Origin: the human T2T-CHM13v2.0 reference genome, Homo sapiens
Reading direction: 5' to 3' (one strand)
Length of the DNA: 64,000 nucleotides
NCBI RefSeq assembly: GCF_009914755.1
Contig: NC_060939.1
Part shown: piece by piece, positions 15,732-29,700 of the stretch
Numbering within the stretch: the first letter of the stretch is position 1
How the letters are laid out: every line of letters begins with the position of its first letter
Notes under the pieces: model-generated
Told to the model about the DNA's origin: nothing
The model's database searches: none
What the model saw: the letters and a program-made list of their open reading frames with translations, nothing else
Made by a program: the position numbers and the translations under genes

Positions 15732-17073
15732 CCTTATCTTATTAGTCAATTGACTAAGGTCCTCTTTGTTTAGTTTGTCTAGTTCATGAATCATAAAGCG
15801 AACTTTTTTCACAGCACAGAGTAAAGACATTTTATAGCATAGCATCTGAATATACAAAGTCTCTTTAGGTTCAGCCAACTTACTCTGTAGTTTTCATTTA
15901 AAGTCAGTTCCTTTCTTAAAGAAAAATTAATATATCTGATTTTTTTTCTGTCTCTGTTATAGAAGAGGTTTAAAATTTTTTTTTGTCTTTTCTTTCCTTG
16001 TAAATTTGAGAAAAAGACAGAGGTTTATAGAAGTTTTTTCCACAAAATTTATTTGTGCATTAATCGATAGGCAACATAGTGTAAAACATAGCTAGCTGAA
16101 TATTCAGAATATATTTTGTACATAAAGAGAATGTCGGGTTATATTTTAAGCTTTTGGAAATAGAGAAGGAGTGATTGTATCAGGACACTTGATATACTTC
16201 AACTTGTACTAGAACAGTTTTTAAGTGTTGATTCTGTACCTTCACTGTGTCACACTTCTGATACTATGATTCCATAGAACACATAAGACTTAATGTCCTT
16301 TCAGTGATTTTTCTTTATCATGGCAAAGCTCCAACCGCATGACTCATGCTTTTTCAAATAATTTGAAAAAAACTTTAGTGTCCATTTTGATCATTCACTT
16401 TGATCATCTGTCATAGTGATGAGACTTTCGAATGTATCAGAAAATAAAATTTGAATGCTATCAAGATGTCCAGTAGATTATTTTATGTGCTTTGAGGTTA
16501 TTTTAAAGAATAGTTTGAAGATTTATGAGTAGGGACTGTATCTTTGAAATAAATACTGGATCATCCTATAAAATGATTATGTTGAAATAAACTACATACG
16601 CAATTTTGGCACGTAAATGGTCGAAACTATTTGAGAATAAACCATTTTAAAGCATTAAAGGAACGTGGGAAATATCTTTTTATATAGGAATAATGAATCT
16701 GTTATTGATGTTTCCATTAGAATGTGAACTCCTTGAGGGCAGGATGTTTTTTTCCATCTGTTTTGTTCACTGCTATATTCATAGTACTGAAACCATGCCT
16801 GGCACATGGGAGGTGTTCAGTAAATACTTGTTCCATTAATAAATGCATAATTATTACCAGTAAATATAATTTTTTGAACATTGTATTGTGGTAACCTAAT
16901 CCTAGTAACTGGGTAAGCCTGAAAGTAGTAGCGTTTGTTTCTGTGAAAAGTCCATAAATAAGATTTCTGACTAAAATGGACTTTCCAATTAGTTTTATTA
17001 CAAGTTCTACACAAATACATTGTTTTGTTATACCTTACCATGATACCTGCCATTTTTATGTTTCTTTTTCTAG

Positions 17074-17196
17074 CTATTTTGTTTGAATGTGTGCATACAG
17101 TCTATTCTATTTATCCTAAATCGGAATTACTTGAGAAGGCTGCCAAGTGCATTGGAAAATTTGTTCTGTCACCTAAAATAAATCTAAAATATTTAG
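17074..17196 (+). CDS. AP4E1: AP4E1 coding exon (exon 9; AILFECVHTV...INLKYL)
   Basis: tctag|CT acceptor, G|gtaaga donor; 123 nt; lies within ORF 17025-17243. Confidence 0.96.
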
Positions 17197-17297
17197 GTAA
17201 GATGATTGGTTCTTTTGACAGAAATTACAGAGATAGCTTTTGAAATTTGCTGTGTATTTGTTTCAATTCACTTTGTATAATGTGTCTTTGTTTCTAG

Positions 17298-17407
17298 GAC
17301 TGAAGGCTCTTACCTATGTTATCCAACAGGATCCTACTCTGGCTCTTCAACACCAGATGACAATAATTGAATGTTTAGATCATCCTGATCCCATTATTAA
17401 AAGAGAG
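17298..17407 (+). CDS. AP4E1: AP4E1 coding exon (exon 10; GLKALTYVIQQ...DPIIKRE)
   Basis: tctag|GA acceptor, GAG|gtaaac donor; 110 nt; follows a 101-nt intron. Confidence 0.96.
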
Positions 17408-17546
17408 GTAAACTGGTATTTTGAATAGTATATGTGAAGTGTTAAAATTTTTAAAAATTTTGTTGGCATTGTGTAGAGAGATTAAAGTGGTGGGCAGTGT
17501 GTATGTTTGCTCGTGTGTATATTTTAACTTTTGGGTGTATTTAATC

Positions 17547-17848
17547 CTTTTTTTGTTTTCTATTTTGAGACAGAATCTCACTCTGTCACCCAGGCTGTAG
17601 TGCAGTGGCATGATCTCAACTCACTGCAACTTCCACCTCCTGGGTTCAAGTGATTCTCGTGCCTCAGCCTCCTGAGTAGCTGGGATTATAGGTGTGTGCC
17701 ACCACGCGTGGCTAATTTTTGTGTTTTTAGTAGAAACGGGGTTTCACCATATTGGCCAGGCCGATCCTGAAATCCTGACCTCAAGTGATCTGCCTGCCTT
17801 GGCCTCCCAAAGTGCTGGGATTACAGGTGTGAGCCACTGTGCCTGGCT
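17547..17848 (-). mobile_element. Alu
   Basis: Alu consensus. Confidence 0.93.
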
Positions 17849-18224
17849 TATTTATTTTTACTAAAGTTTAAGTAACTTTTCTAAAAAGTACTATGTCAGT
17901 GTCCACAGGAATGTCTTTAAATTATGAGTTGAAGGAATTAGGTCCAGTCATCTGTGTGGGTTCATTAATATAATTTCGATCTGAGCATCATACCAATAGG
18001 AGTCCTGAATTCTGGTCCCAGGTCTTCCTGTTAGTACAATTTCCTGTTATTGTACAATTTAAGATGCAGTTGATGTTAATTAATGATTTCTCATTGTTCT
18101 CTTTTATATCTATAAAATTAATTAATTTCCTACCAAATAGATAGAAATATTGAAAGAATTAATGAAGATATTCATAAATTGATTTGAACTTCTTGGAAGG
18201 AAAGGCTTAATAATATCATCATCA

Positions 18225-18345
18225 TATATGTCTGTATATTATATATAACATAGCATATACTATATGTTACTTATATATAATATTACTTTTGTATATTACA
18301 TTTTAATATATATAATTATATATATTACTTATAATAATAATATAC
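18225..18345. repeat. AT-rich low-complexity tract
   Basis: Degenerate (TA)n / TATAAT arrays. Confidence 0.7.
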
Positions 18346-18524
18346 TTCTTTCCAACTTTTTCTTTTTGTAAATTTGCTTCAATGTCTACTTGGGTGTCTA
18401 TATAAATATTCCTTTTAATTCTTATGGAAGAAATCATTCAATATCTTTATTTCAAATGGTATATGGGACCTAGTTAAGAGTAAAAAATTCTGTTTATAAA
18501 AATAGCAAAGATTTAAAAAGAATT

Positions 18525-18868
18525 TTTTAAATAATTTTAGATTCAGGGGATACATGTGTGGGTTTATTACATGGACATTTTATGTAATGCTGAGATTTGG
18601 GCGTCTATTGAACCCATCACCCAAATAGTAAACATAGTACTGGGTAGGTAGTTTTTCAACTCATTCCTTTCCCCTCCTGCCCTCCCTGCCTGCTTGTGGA
18701 GTCCCCAGTGTCTATTGTTTCATCATTACATCCATGTGTACCCATTGTTTAGCTCCCACTTATAAGTGAGAACAAGTGATATTTGATTTTCTGTTTTTGC
18801 ATTAATTCACTTAGGATAATGGCTTCCAGCTGCATCCATGTTGCTGCAAAGGACATGATTACATTCTT
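18525..18868 (-). mobile_element. L1 3'UTR fragment (older L1PA)
   Basis: GCTCCCACTTATAAGTGAGAAC and other L1PA 3'UTR motifs. Confidence 0.85.
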
Positions 18869-19291
18869 AAAAAAAGAGAATCTACTAAATACTAAACATC
18901 TAAATATCTTAAAAGCAATGAGCTAAGAATAGGAGAGTTTATTGAGAGAACACTATTACATTAAACAACTATAATTTTTGAAGATTACAAATTTTAAATT
19001 TTAAAAGGCATTTGAAACACATTTTTTAAAAAATTTGCCTTCATATATATTTATTTATTTCATATTTTTAGTAGTCTGAAAATTGTTACATGCCTTGGAT
19101 CTGGGCAGTTTGCAGATGTACTAATTTCTGCGTGTAGACATCCTAGAAAAATAAGAAGGCTCGAAGAGACAGTAACAAATAATTATACAGCCGTTCTGCT
19201 TTAACAGATACAGAGCATGCATTTCCTTTGTATAGTTGAGTACTAAGTTGAACAAAGTTGACTTAGGTACAGTTTTTTCTTATTGCTATTT

Positions 19292-19630
19292 GGTAGTCCC
19301 CACTTATTTATGGAAGTATGTTCTAATACACCCATTGGATGCCTGAAACCATAGATAGTATTGAACCATGTATATATTTATATATTTTCAATCTGATAAC
19401 CAAGATGGCTACTTTATGATTAATGGGCTGGTAGCATATACAGTGTGAATACAAAGGGATGATTCATGTCCCAGATGGAGTAGGATGGTGCAAGATTTTA
19501 TCATGCTACTCAGAAAGGCATGCAATTTAAAACTTATGAATTATTGATTTCTGGAATTTTCCATTTAATATTTTTTAGATTGTGGGTAACTGAAGCCATG
19601 GGAAGCAAAACCACAGATAGGGGGTTTATA
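19292..19630. mobile_element. MER2 (Tigger) DNA transposon remnant
   Basis: TAGTCCCCACTTAT...GGATGCCTGAAACC...CCACAGATAGGGGG. Confidence 0.75.
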
Positions 19631-20232
19631 ATATTATTGTATTTCATAATTATCCTTTCACTTAAAAATCAGAGTCAAAGGGAAAATAGGTGACTTTTAA
19701 AATTATGAAGGTTGATCTGTTTGGTCCCTTACCTGCAGCGAGAAAAGTGATTTGAATTCTTTGAGGAGTTACTGAGTATCCTTGGTGCCCAAAGATGGCA
19801 CTAAAGTACTGTCTCTTCAATGCTGTTGTCACTTCTAACCTCTATCAAATGATACGGTGAGAACTTTGGTCCTTGGATGTTCAGTGATCTGTAGCTTGGG
19901 GTAGGATTCCTTTTTACCAGGTTTTATTACCTCTGTCATATACAGGAGGAGAGAAGGTGAGAGGGAGCTACCAAGTCTGAATAGAAAAGACCTCTGGCAA
20001 TACAGTTTGTAACACTATACCCCATTCAGTTCTGGAAATGCCATATTTCATGGTCTTAGAATAGGAAATAAATTTGATGTATGTTATCTAAAACTATATA
20101 ACATAATTTGGAGTTCACAGGGAGCATGTCTGAAGCAGCTCCATAAGTTGAAAGCTATTGTTGGGGTGACCTATGTATTTTTAGATTTAAGTGGTGTTAC
20201 ACATTAACTAAAACAGTTAAAAAAAAAAAATC

Positions 20233-22205
20233 AGGCAGTGGACAGAACTCACAGCAAAGAGCTCGTGGAGTCCGGCCAGAAGAGCAACCAAGATGAGGAT
20301 GAAGATACTGAGCCAGAATCTGGACAATTATGTCTGTGAAACCAAGTTGGACTTACAGAGAGTTCCAAGAAACTATGATCCTACCTTACATCCTTTTGAG
20401 GTCCCATGAGAATATGTAAGAGCTTTAAATGCTACCAAAATGGAATGAGTATTTGCAAAACCATTCCTTGCTTTGCTGGATGGTCACCAAGATGGAGTCA
20501 GTTGCTTGGCAAAGCATCCAAAGAACCTGGCTACTGTCCTTTCTGGGGCGTGTGATGGAGAGGTTAGAATTTGGAACCTGACTCAACAGAAATGTATCCA
20601 TACAATACAAGCACATGAAGGCTTTGTATAAGGAATACGTACTCACTTTTGTGGGACTTCTTTTTTCACCGTTGGTGGTGACAAAACTGTGAAACAATGG
20701 AAAATGGATGGGCCAGGCTATGGAGATGAGGAAGAACCATTACATACAACATTAGGAAAGACAGTGTATACTGGGGTTTATCATCACTGTAAAGAAGCTG
20801 TTTTTGCCACATGTGGACAGCAAGTAGACATTTGGGATGAACAAAGAACTAATCCTGTATGTTCAATGACCTGGGGATTTGACAGTGTAAGTAGTGTTAA
20901 ATTTAACCCAATCGAGACATTTCTCTTGGGAAGTTTGTGCGTCTGACAGGAATATAGTACTGTACAACATGAGGCAAGCTACTCCTTTGAAAAAGGTTAT
21001 ATTAGATATGAGAACAAATACAGTTTGTTGGAACCCTATGGAAGCTTTCATTTTTACGGCAGCAAATGAAGACTATAACTTACATACTTTTGATATGTGT
21101 GCACTGGACACTCCTGTAATGTTCCATATGGATCATGTATCTGCAGTGCTTGACATGGATTACCCTCCCACTGGGAAAGAGCTTGTGTCTGCTAGTTTCG
21201 ATAAAGCTATTTGTATCTTTCCTATAGACAAAAGTTGAAGCAGGGAGGTATATCACACAAAGCGAATGCAACATGTTATCTGTGTAAAATGCACTTCTGA
21301 CAGCAAGTATATTATGTGTGGATCTGATGAAATGAACATTTGCCTGTGGAAAGCTAATGCTTCTGAAAAATTTGGTGTGCTTACATCATGAGAAAAAGCA
21401 GCTAAGGATTATAACTAGAAATTGAAGGAGAAATTTCAGCATCATCCTGATATAAAATGTATAGCTTGTCATTGACATCTACCAAAATCTATCTACAGCC
21501 AGATTCAGGAACAGTGCATCATGAAAGAAGCTCGTCGAAGAAAGGAAGTGAATCGTATTAAACACAGCAAGCCTGGATCTGTGCCAATTGTGTCAGAGAA
21601 GAAGAAACACGTAGGGGCAGTTGTAAAATAATTAGTATTCCTAACAATCCTGATGTACAATTATTTGTTACTTTTGATTTGAGAACTCTACAAATTAAAG
21701 TGCTGGGACTAGATTAATTGCATACATTTTAGTTACATGTGTAGAGCTTTATTGTTGCTCCTTTTAGCTACCCTGAAAAATGCCTAGTTGATAAAGACTA
21801 TCTAACTATTTTATCCTTAATCTGCATTCTTTTATTGAAGAATACAGTATTTGCAACTAACTCATTTTTTCCTGTTTTAATTACAGATATACTCTGTATA
21901 TTCTCTCTGATCTATTATTGTAGACACTGCACATTCAAATTGACATTTAAGACCAAACGTCTCTTATGTTATCTTTAACATTACTTTGAATAATAATTAC
22001 AATGATGTTTCTTCCTATGATTCCACATAACATTTAGAAGAATGTCAACTTTTTATAACTGAATGTATTTCTAGTGCTTTACTTATATTTGGCTTTTCGA
22101 CTCTTACAAAACCATCAGTCTGCATTTATATAACTTTTATAAATAATATTATAATTTGGGTCAAGTTAAGATAATAAAACTTCCTTTCAGCGTTGAAAAA
22201 AAAAA
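20233..22205 (+). pseudogene. DCAF13P3: Processed pseudogene of DCAF13 (WDSOF1/Sof1 WD40 protein), probably DCAF13P3
   Basis: Intronless CDS ATG 20293 to TAA 21631 (1339 nt = 446 codons + 1); stops at 20407, 20446, 20629, 21236; +1 frameshift near 20935; 3'UTR, AATAAA and A-tail; TSD AAAAAAAAAATC at 20221-20232 and 22196-22207. The P3 number is from memory. Confidence 0.93.
22173..22178 (+). terminator. Poly(A) signal carried in by the DCAF13 retrocopy
   Basis: AATAAA 17 nt upstream of the A-run at 22196. Confidence 0.8.
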
Positions 22206-22498
22206 TCTTTCAAAATATGTTATCCTTTCTGCTTTAAGTCCTGGCTGTAAGGATTGAAAAATTAGAACCCTAAATATATTGAGTAAGTTTGACAAATATG
22301 TGGAAATTATCTTGCAGCTAATATTGCTGATCCTAAAACACCAATAAATGATGCTTTCTCAGTATTTCTCATATTGATTTCTGAGACTTATATTTTTGAA
22401 ACCTTAATCTAGAGCTGTGGCAAGCCATGCAAATGGGAGCTTACTCTGGTATTGGTTTTCCTTCATCTTATTTGAAGCAGCAAGAGGTATATTCCTCA

Positions 22499-23173
<675 letters not shown>

Positions 23174-23651
23174 TTACCTAACCCACTCAAGTGGTGTCTT
23201 CTGTTGTTTGGGAAATAGTCTGCTGTCTTCTGTAGCATGGGAAATAGTTTCCAAGACTAGATTTATACACACATACATACACTTGCATATATATACACCC
23301 ATAGCTGTAGGTAATGTATATTTAAGGGCTGTTATGTTTTTAGAAAATATATATCTATTGTATTTTAACTTTTTAGTCTCTAAGTGTTCTGTCATGTAGA
23401 GATGTCAGGTTGTGATTATCTCAGTAGGAAGCTTATAGACATTGGAATTGATCATAATTCATTTTTTGACGATAGTTTTACCTTTCTTAAGCTTTTCATT
23501 GAAATTTGCATTTCTTACCTGTTAACTGACTACCCAGTAGATCTCCATAAAAGTAGAAGAATCAACTGTATGGTCAACCTTTATGTTACTGTACTCATTG
23601 GTGTTATGCATAGTTTTATAATATTGTTTTTAATTTTTCTTCTTTAAATAG

Positions 23652-23791
23652 ACTCTGGAACTTCTTTACAGAATTACTAATGCACAGAATATAACAGTTA
23701 TTGTCCAGAAAATGCTTGAATATTTACATCAGAGCAAAGAAGAGTATGTCATCGTCAATTTGGTCGGCAAAATAGCAGAGCTGGCTGAGAA
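23652..23791 (+). CDS. AP4E1: AP4E1 coding exon (exon 11; TLELLYRITN...IAELAE-K)
   Basis: aatag|ACT acceptor; ends at U12 donor AA|atatccttt; 140 nt. Confidence 0.95.
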
Positions 23792-24318
23792 ATATCCTTT
23801 TATTTCGACCATGAGTCTTAAAATAGTTAGTTATGCAGTGACTTTAAGATGATTGGTATAGATATGGTCACTTGCAAGTCGAGTTCAGAGACCTAGCAAT
23901 ACTTTTTATTCCTGATTTTCAAGCCTCTCTTGTCAGAAAAAGGGATTTGTGTAGACCTCTTAGGAGATGGCTTTTTTTTTTTTTTTTTTTTTGCTGGTTT
24001 CTTTTATTCATGTAGTCCAGTATTTTGAGCAGGAAGATAGAGGAACCTTTATCCTCTTTTTCCTCTTTCAGTCCTGCCTCGTCTCTACTTCTATCTTGAT
24101 TTCTTTTCTGAGTAAAAGTTCTTGCTTTTTGGGGAAAGTGGAGGGTGTGTGGGAGTGGTCAGGATGCTAAAGCTTATCCTTTATTGTTTTAAGCTGGAAA
24201 TTGTCACAGTTAAGTAGTTGGGAACTCTATTAACATGTTACTCTTCTTCATGTTTGTTTCTTAAAAGTCAGAAGAACTTTACAGGTCATAAGCATATTCC
24301 ATTCATTAAAAAATGTTA

Positions 24319-24624
<306 letters not shown>

Positions 24625-24782
24625 TTACTGTTTAATTATAAAAAAGAGTGAGTGAATGCTGTTAATGAAATTATATTGGAAATTGCTTAAGTGTAGTTTT
24701 GTCCTAGTCAGTGCTGTAGCTCTGGCCAGCAGAATGATAGAACTTTAGAACTGATGAGGAACAGATTAGAAAAGAGACTAAA

Positions 24783-25094
<312 letters not shown>

Positions 25095-25460
25095 TCAAGT
25101 AGACATACAACAATATTTAGCTTCTTTGAAGTGAATTCTTTGAAGAATATAATTTTCCATTATTTGCATCTAGTTAGCTGGTTTGTTTCTTTCAGTTATT
25201 TCACATTTATTTATTGGATGACTGTTTTGTGCAAGTATGGTGCCAAAGTGACATAAACTCAGTTTATTAAGTTTATTAAATAAGCTTCTACTGAGTACCT
25301 ATTTTACATAAAACTGGGGTACAGAACAATTTATGGCAGAGGTTAAAGGTAAAACTGCCATACTAGGATGAATTGGGGTTATTTTTTAAAAGATTGCTAC
25401 AGAAGGGTAATTTTAATAAGTAGCATTTGGAAGTGTACTTGTTCTTAACACTGTGGACAC

Positions 25461-25573
25461 ATATGCTCCTGATAATGCATGGTTTATTCAGACAATGAAT
25501 GCTGTGTTTTCAGTAGGAGGAGATGTAATGCATCCTGATATTCCCAATAACTTTCTGAGACTACTAGCGGAAG
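25461..25573 (+). CDS. AP4E1: AP4E1 coding exon (exon 12; YAPDNAWFIQTM...LRLLAE)
   Basis: ac|ATAT acceptor, G|gttggt donor; 113 nt; ORF 25453-25641. Confidence 0.95.
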
Positions 25574-25685
25574 GTTGGTACACTATTATATTCTGTAAAG
25601 TAAACATTTTAAAGTTTAATGTTTTTATTACAGAGTCCTAAGATAAGTTTGTGGAAATTAAAATGGTGTATCAATTTCTTTGTAG

Positions 25686-25804
25686 GTTTTGATGATGAAA
25701 CAGAAGATCAGCAATTAAGACTCTATGCAGTTCAGTCTTATCTCACTTTACTGGATATGGAAAATGTGTTCTATCCACAGAGATTTCTTCAAGTTATGAG
25801 TTGG
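25686..25804 (+). CDS. AP4E1: AP4E1 coding exon (exon 13; GFDDETEDQQLR...QVMSW)
   Basis: tgtag|GT acceptor, TGG|gtgagc donor; 119 nt; follows a 112-nt intron. Confidence 0.96.
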
Positions 25805-26227
25805 GTGAGCAAAGTACCTTAAATCATAAATTTTTATAACATTTTTAATACAAACCAAATGTTAACATATTTTCTTCAGAAACCATTCGCTTTACTCAGC
25901 TAACTCCTTCAGCTGTCAATTTTTCAAATGGCCACCATCTATCACTTAACTATTTACTTTGTTTTTTCTCTCTGCCATCTCACTTGTTTGGTCTTTTAAA
26001 TATAGGTATTTACTTGTCTCTTTGTGTTTACAATGTTTTTGTTGTGTTTTTTATGTGCATCCGTGTTTGAATATTTGAATACTCATTTATCTCTACTATA
26101 TTAGTTTTCTTTTTTAAAAAATTATAACCAGTAAATTATCTTTATTTTAACCAAATAGAAGGAGGTTCATCTTTAAGAGGCATTTTCAACGTACCAGGCA
26201 CAGTGCTGAGTACTTACATTATTAACT

Positions 26228-26663
26228 TCTTTTCTTCTTCTTTTTTATTTTATTTTATTTTTTAAGTTCTAGGGTACCTGTGCAGGATGTGTAGGTTTGT
26301 TACATAGGTAAACGTGTGCCATGGTGTTTTTTGCTGCACCTATTAACACATCACCTAGGTATTAAGACTAGTACACAATAGCTCTTCTTCCTAAAGCTCT
26401 CCACCCCCACCACCCTCCCTGATAGGCGCTGGTGTGTGTTGTTCCCCTCCGTGTGTCCTATGTTCTCATTGTTCAGCTCCCACTTATAAGTGAGAACATG
26501 CGGTATTTGGTTTTCTGTTCCTGCATTAGTTTGCTAAGAATAATGGCTTCCAGCTTCATCCATGTCTCTGCAAAGGACATGATCTTGTTCCTTTTTATGG
26601 CTGTATAGTATTCCATGGTGTATATGTACTACATTTTCTTTATCCAGTCTATCATTGATAGGC
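26228..26663 (-). mobile_element. L1PA 3' fragment (about L1PA8-like) with probable 3' transduction
   Basis: L1PA 3'UTR with T-rich tail; see findings for the TSD. Confidence 0.88.
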
Positions 26664-26672
26664 TATCTGTGC

Positions 26673-27140
26673 TATATTAGTTTTCTTATGCTGCATAACA
26701 ATGTTACCACAAACTTAGTGGCTTAAGACAATACAAATTCATTATCTCATAGTTTCTGTGGGTCAAGAGTCCAGGTATGGCTTAGCTGGGTTCTCTGATT
26801 AGGGTCTCACAGGGTTGCAGTGAAGGTGTTGGCTAGGGCTACTGTCTCACCTGAAGCTTGACTGGTAAATAATCCACTTTCGAGCTCGTGTGGTTGTTGG
26901 CAGAATTCATTTTCTCGTGGCTGAGTTTTTGTGACTGAGGGTTTTGCTTGCATACTGTTAACTGTAGGCTGTCCTTAGCTGCTAGAGCTGCTTTCAGTTT
27001 CTTGCCATGTGGCCTCCCAACAGGGCCGCCTGCTTCATCAAAGCCAGTAGTGGAGATCAGTTTTTTTTCAAGACAGAGGTCACAATTTTGTGTAATGTAA
27101 TCACATGTAATTGCATACAGGTCATTACCTTTATGTATTC
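26673..27140. mobile_element. MLT1 (F-like) MaLR LTR
   Basis: TATTAGTTTTC...TTACCACAAACTTAGTGGCTTAAGACAA MLT1 end motif. Confidence 0.75.
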
Positions 27141-27305
27141 TTTCTTGTGCATATAGGTGAGTGTTTCTTTAGGGGAGATTTAGAGAAGTGATATGGTATG
27201 CACATTTTAATATTTTATAGAATTGCCAAATGTTAGCATGTTAGCTTAAATTTTCCCCAGATTTTTACTTAAAAATTTTTCTTTTCTCATCTGCAGAAAA
27301 GTTAA

Positions 27306-27665
<360 letters not shown>

Positions 27666-27866
27666 TAAATATTTTTAACTACATTTGTTTTACTGTATCT
27701 GCATCTATAGGTATATCTAGGTCTACCTATATACAGTTTGTTTTGCTGAGCTGTTTAGAATTGAATTGCAGACACTGTGACACTTCACTCCTAAAACCTC
27801 AACATGAATCTTCTATGAATGACATAAGTATAAAACTGTTGTCATACCCAAGAGGTGTAAAGACAC

Positions 27867-28192
<326 letters not shown>

Positions 28193-28577
28193 CTATACTG
28201 TCCATACTCTGATTTATGGATTTGTACCAAAAAATGTCTCTTAGGGCTATTATTCTCCTCCTTTCAATCCCAGATCCAGTTGAGGATCACAAATTGCCTT
28301 TACTTATGTCTCTTTATCCTTTTTTAATTTATAATGAACCCCACTTTCTTTTGGTTTTTATGACTGATTTTTTTGTTTGTTTTGGATGACTACTGTTAAC
28401 TTATAGAATGTCCTACATTCTGGATATCTAATTATTTTTGTTCAGGTTAAACATTTTTAGTGAGAATACTACATAGGCAATGTTGTGTATTTCCTACTGC
28501 ATCATATCAGGATATATATAATATCAGTTTGTCCACTTATTGGTGATTGTAAGTTTATAAGTTTGGGTTAAGATGGT

Positions 28578-28705
28578 GGCCTGGTGCAGTGGTTCATGCC
28601 TGTCATCCCAGCACTTTGGGAGGTGGGAGGATTGCTTGAAGCCAGAGTTTGAGATCAGCTTGGGCAACAAAGTGAGACCTAGTCTCTACCAAAGGGAGAA
28701 AAAAA
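28578..28705 (+). mobile_element. Alu monomer (FLAM)
   Basis: Single arm; TSD AAGATGGTG. Confidence 0.8.
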
Positions 28706-28962
28706 AGATGGTGACCTCCAGATCTTTGCATTATAAAGGTATCTTTCCTTTTTGTAATTTATAACTAATTTGTGAGGTGATTCTATGAGGCTGTGCAAAT
28801 ATCTTTTCCTCAGCTATCTTCAATGGCTTTAGTGTTGATTATCCTTCCTGAATTGATTATTGGTTTCTGTGGCCATTAGTTTTTTTTGTCTATGAACGTG
28901 GCATGTCACTCCACTTAATTTAGATTGTCTTTTATTTCTTTCTACAGCATACAGGTCATGTA

Positions 28963-29700
28963 CAGTCGGCCCCCTTATCTGTAGTTTTGCTTTCTGCAGT
29001 TTTAGTTACCTGTGGCCAGTCATGGTCTGAAAATAGGAAATGGAAAATTCCAGAAATCAACAATTTATAAGTTTTAAATTATGTGCTGTCCTGAGTAGCA
29101 TGATGAAATCTTGAGCCATCCTGCTTCATCCTGCTCTGCCCCAGCTGGGACCTGAATCATTCCTTTGTCCAGTGTATCCATGCTGTATACACTACCTGCC
29201 TGTTAGTCACTTAGTAGCTGTCTAGGTTTTCAGATGAACTGTAGCATTATTGCAGTGCTTATATTGTAGTAAACCTTTATTTACTTAATCATGGCCCCAC
29301 AGCACAAGAGTTGCGATGCTGGCAATTTGGATATGCCAAAGAGAAGCTATAAAAATGGTTCCTTTAAGTGAAAAGGTGAAAGTTCTTGACTTAATGAGGA
29401 AAGAAAAACATCATATGCTGAGGTTGTAAAGTTCTACAGTAAGAAGGGAAATTGCCTCTGTGAAATGGTGAAGAAGGAAAAAAAAATCCTGTTTTGCTGT
29501 CATACCTTAAATTACAAAAGTGATGGTCGCAGTGCGTGATGAGATCTTAGTTAAGATGGAAAAGGCATTAAATTTGTGAGTGGAAGACGTGATCAGAAGC
29601 ATGTTCCAATTGATGGCAGTTGGGTTCAGTACTATTTTCGGATTCAGGCATCCACAGGGAGTCCTAAAACCAATCCCCTTTAGATGCAGAGGGCCAAATG
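28963..29700. mobile_element. MER44/Tigger7 DNA transposon
   Basis: TA|CAGTCGGCCCCC ... AGGGCCAAATG|TA termini; internal Tigger7-like sequence. Confidence 0.85.

Noticed and set aside
15980-16022. Short hairpin TGTCTTTTCT...AGAAAAAGACA as a miRNA or other ncRNA
   Set aside because: Short low-complexity stem expected by chance in AT-rich DNA.
20689-21238. WD40 ORFs of 85 and 114 aa as a functional retrogene
   Set aside because: Flanked by multiple in-frame stops and a frameshift; they are pseudogene remnants.
24048-24182. TTATCCTC/TTATCCTTT motifs and a strong CAG acceptor (24071) inside the U12 intron as a USSE-like element or cryptic exon
   Set aside because: Motifs lack the RTATCCT first base, are not closely tandem, and no convincing downstream GT donor was found.
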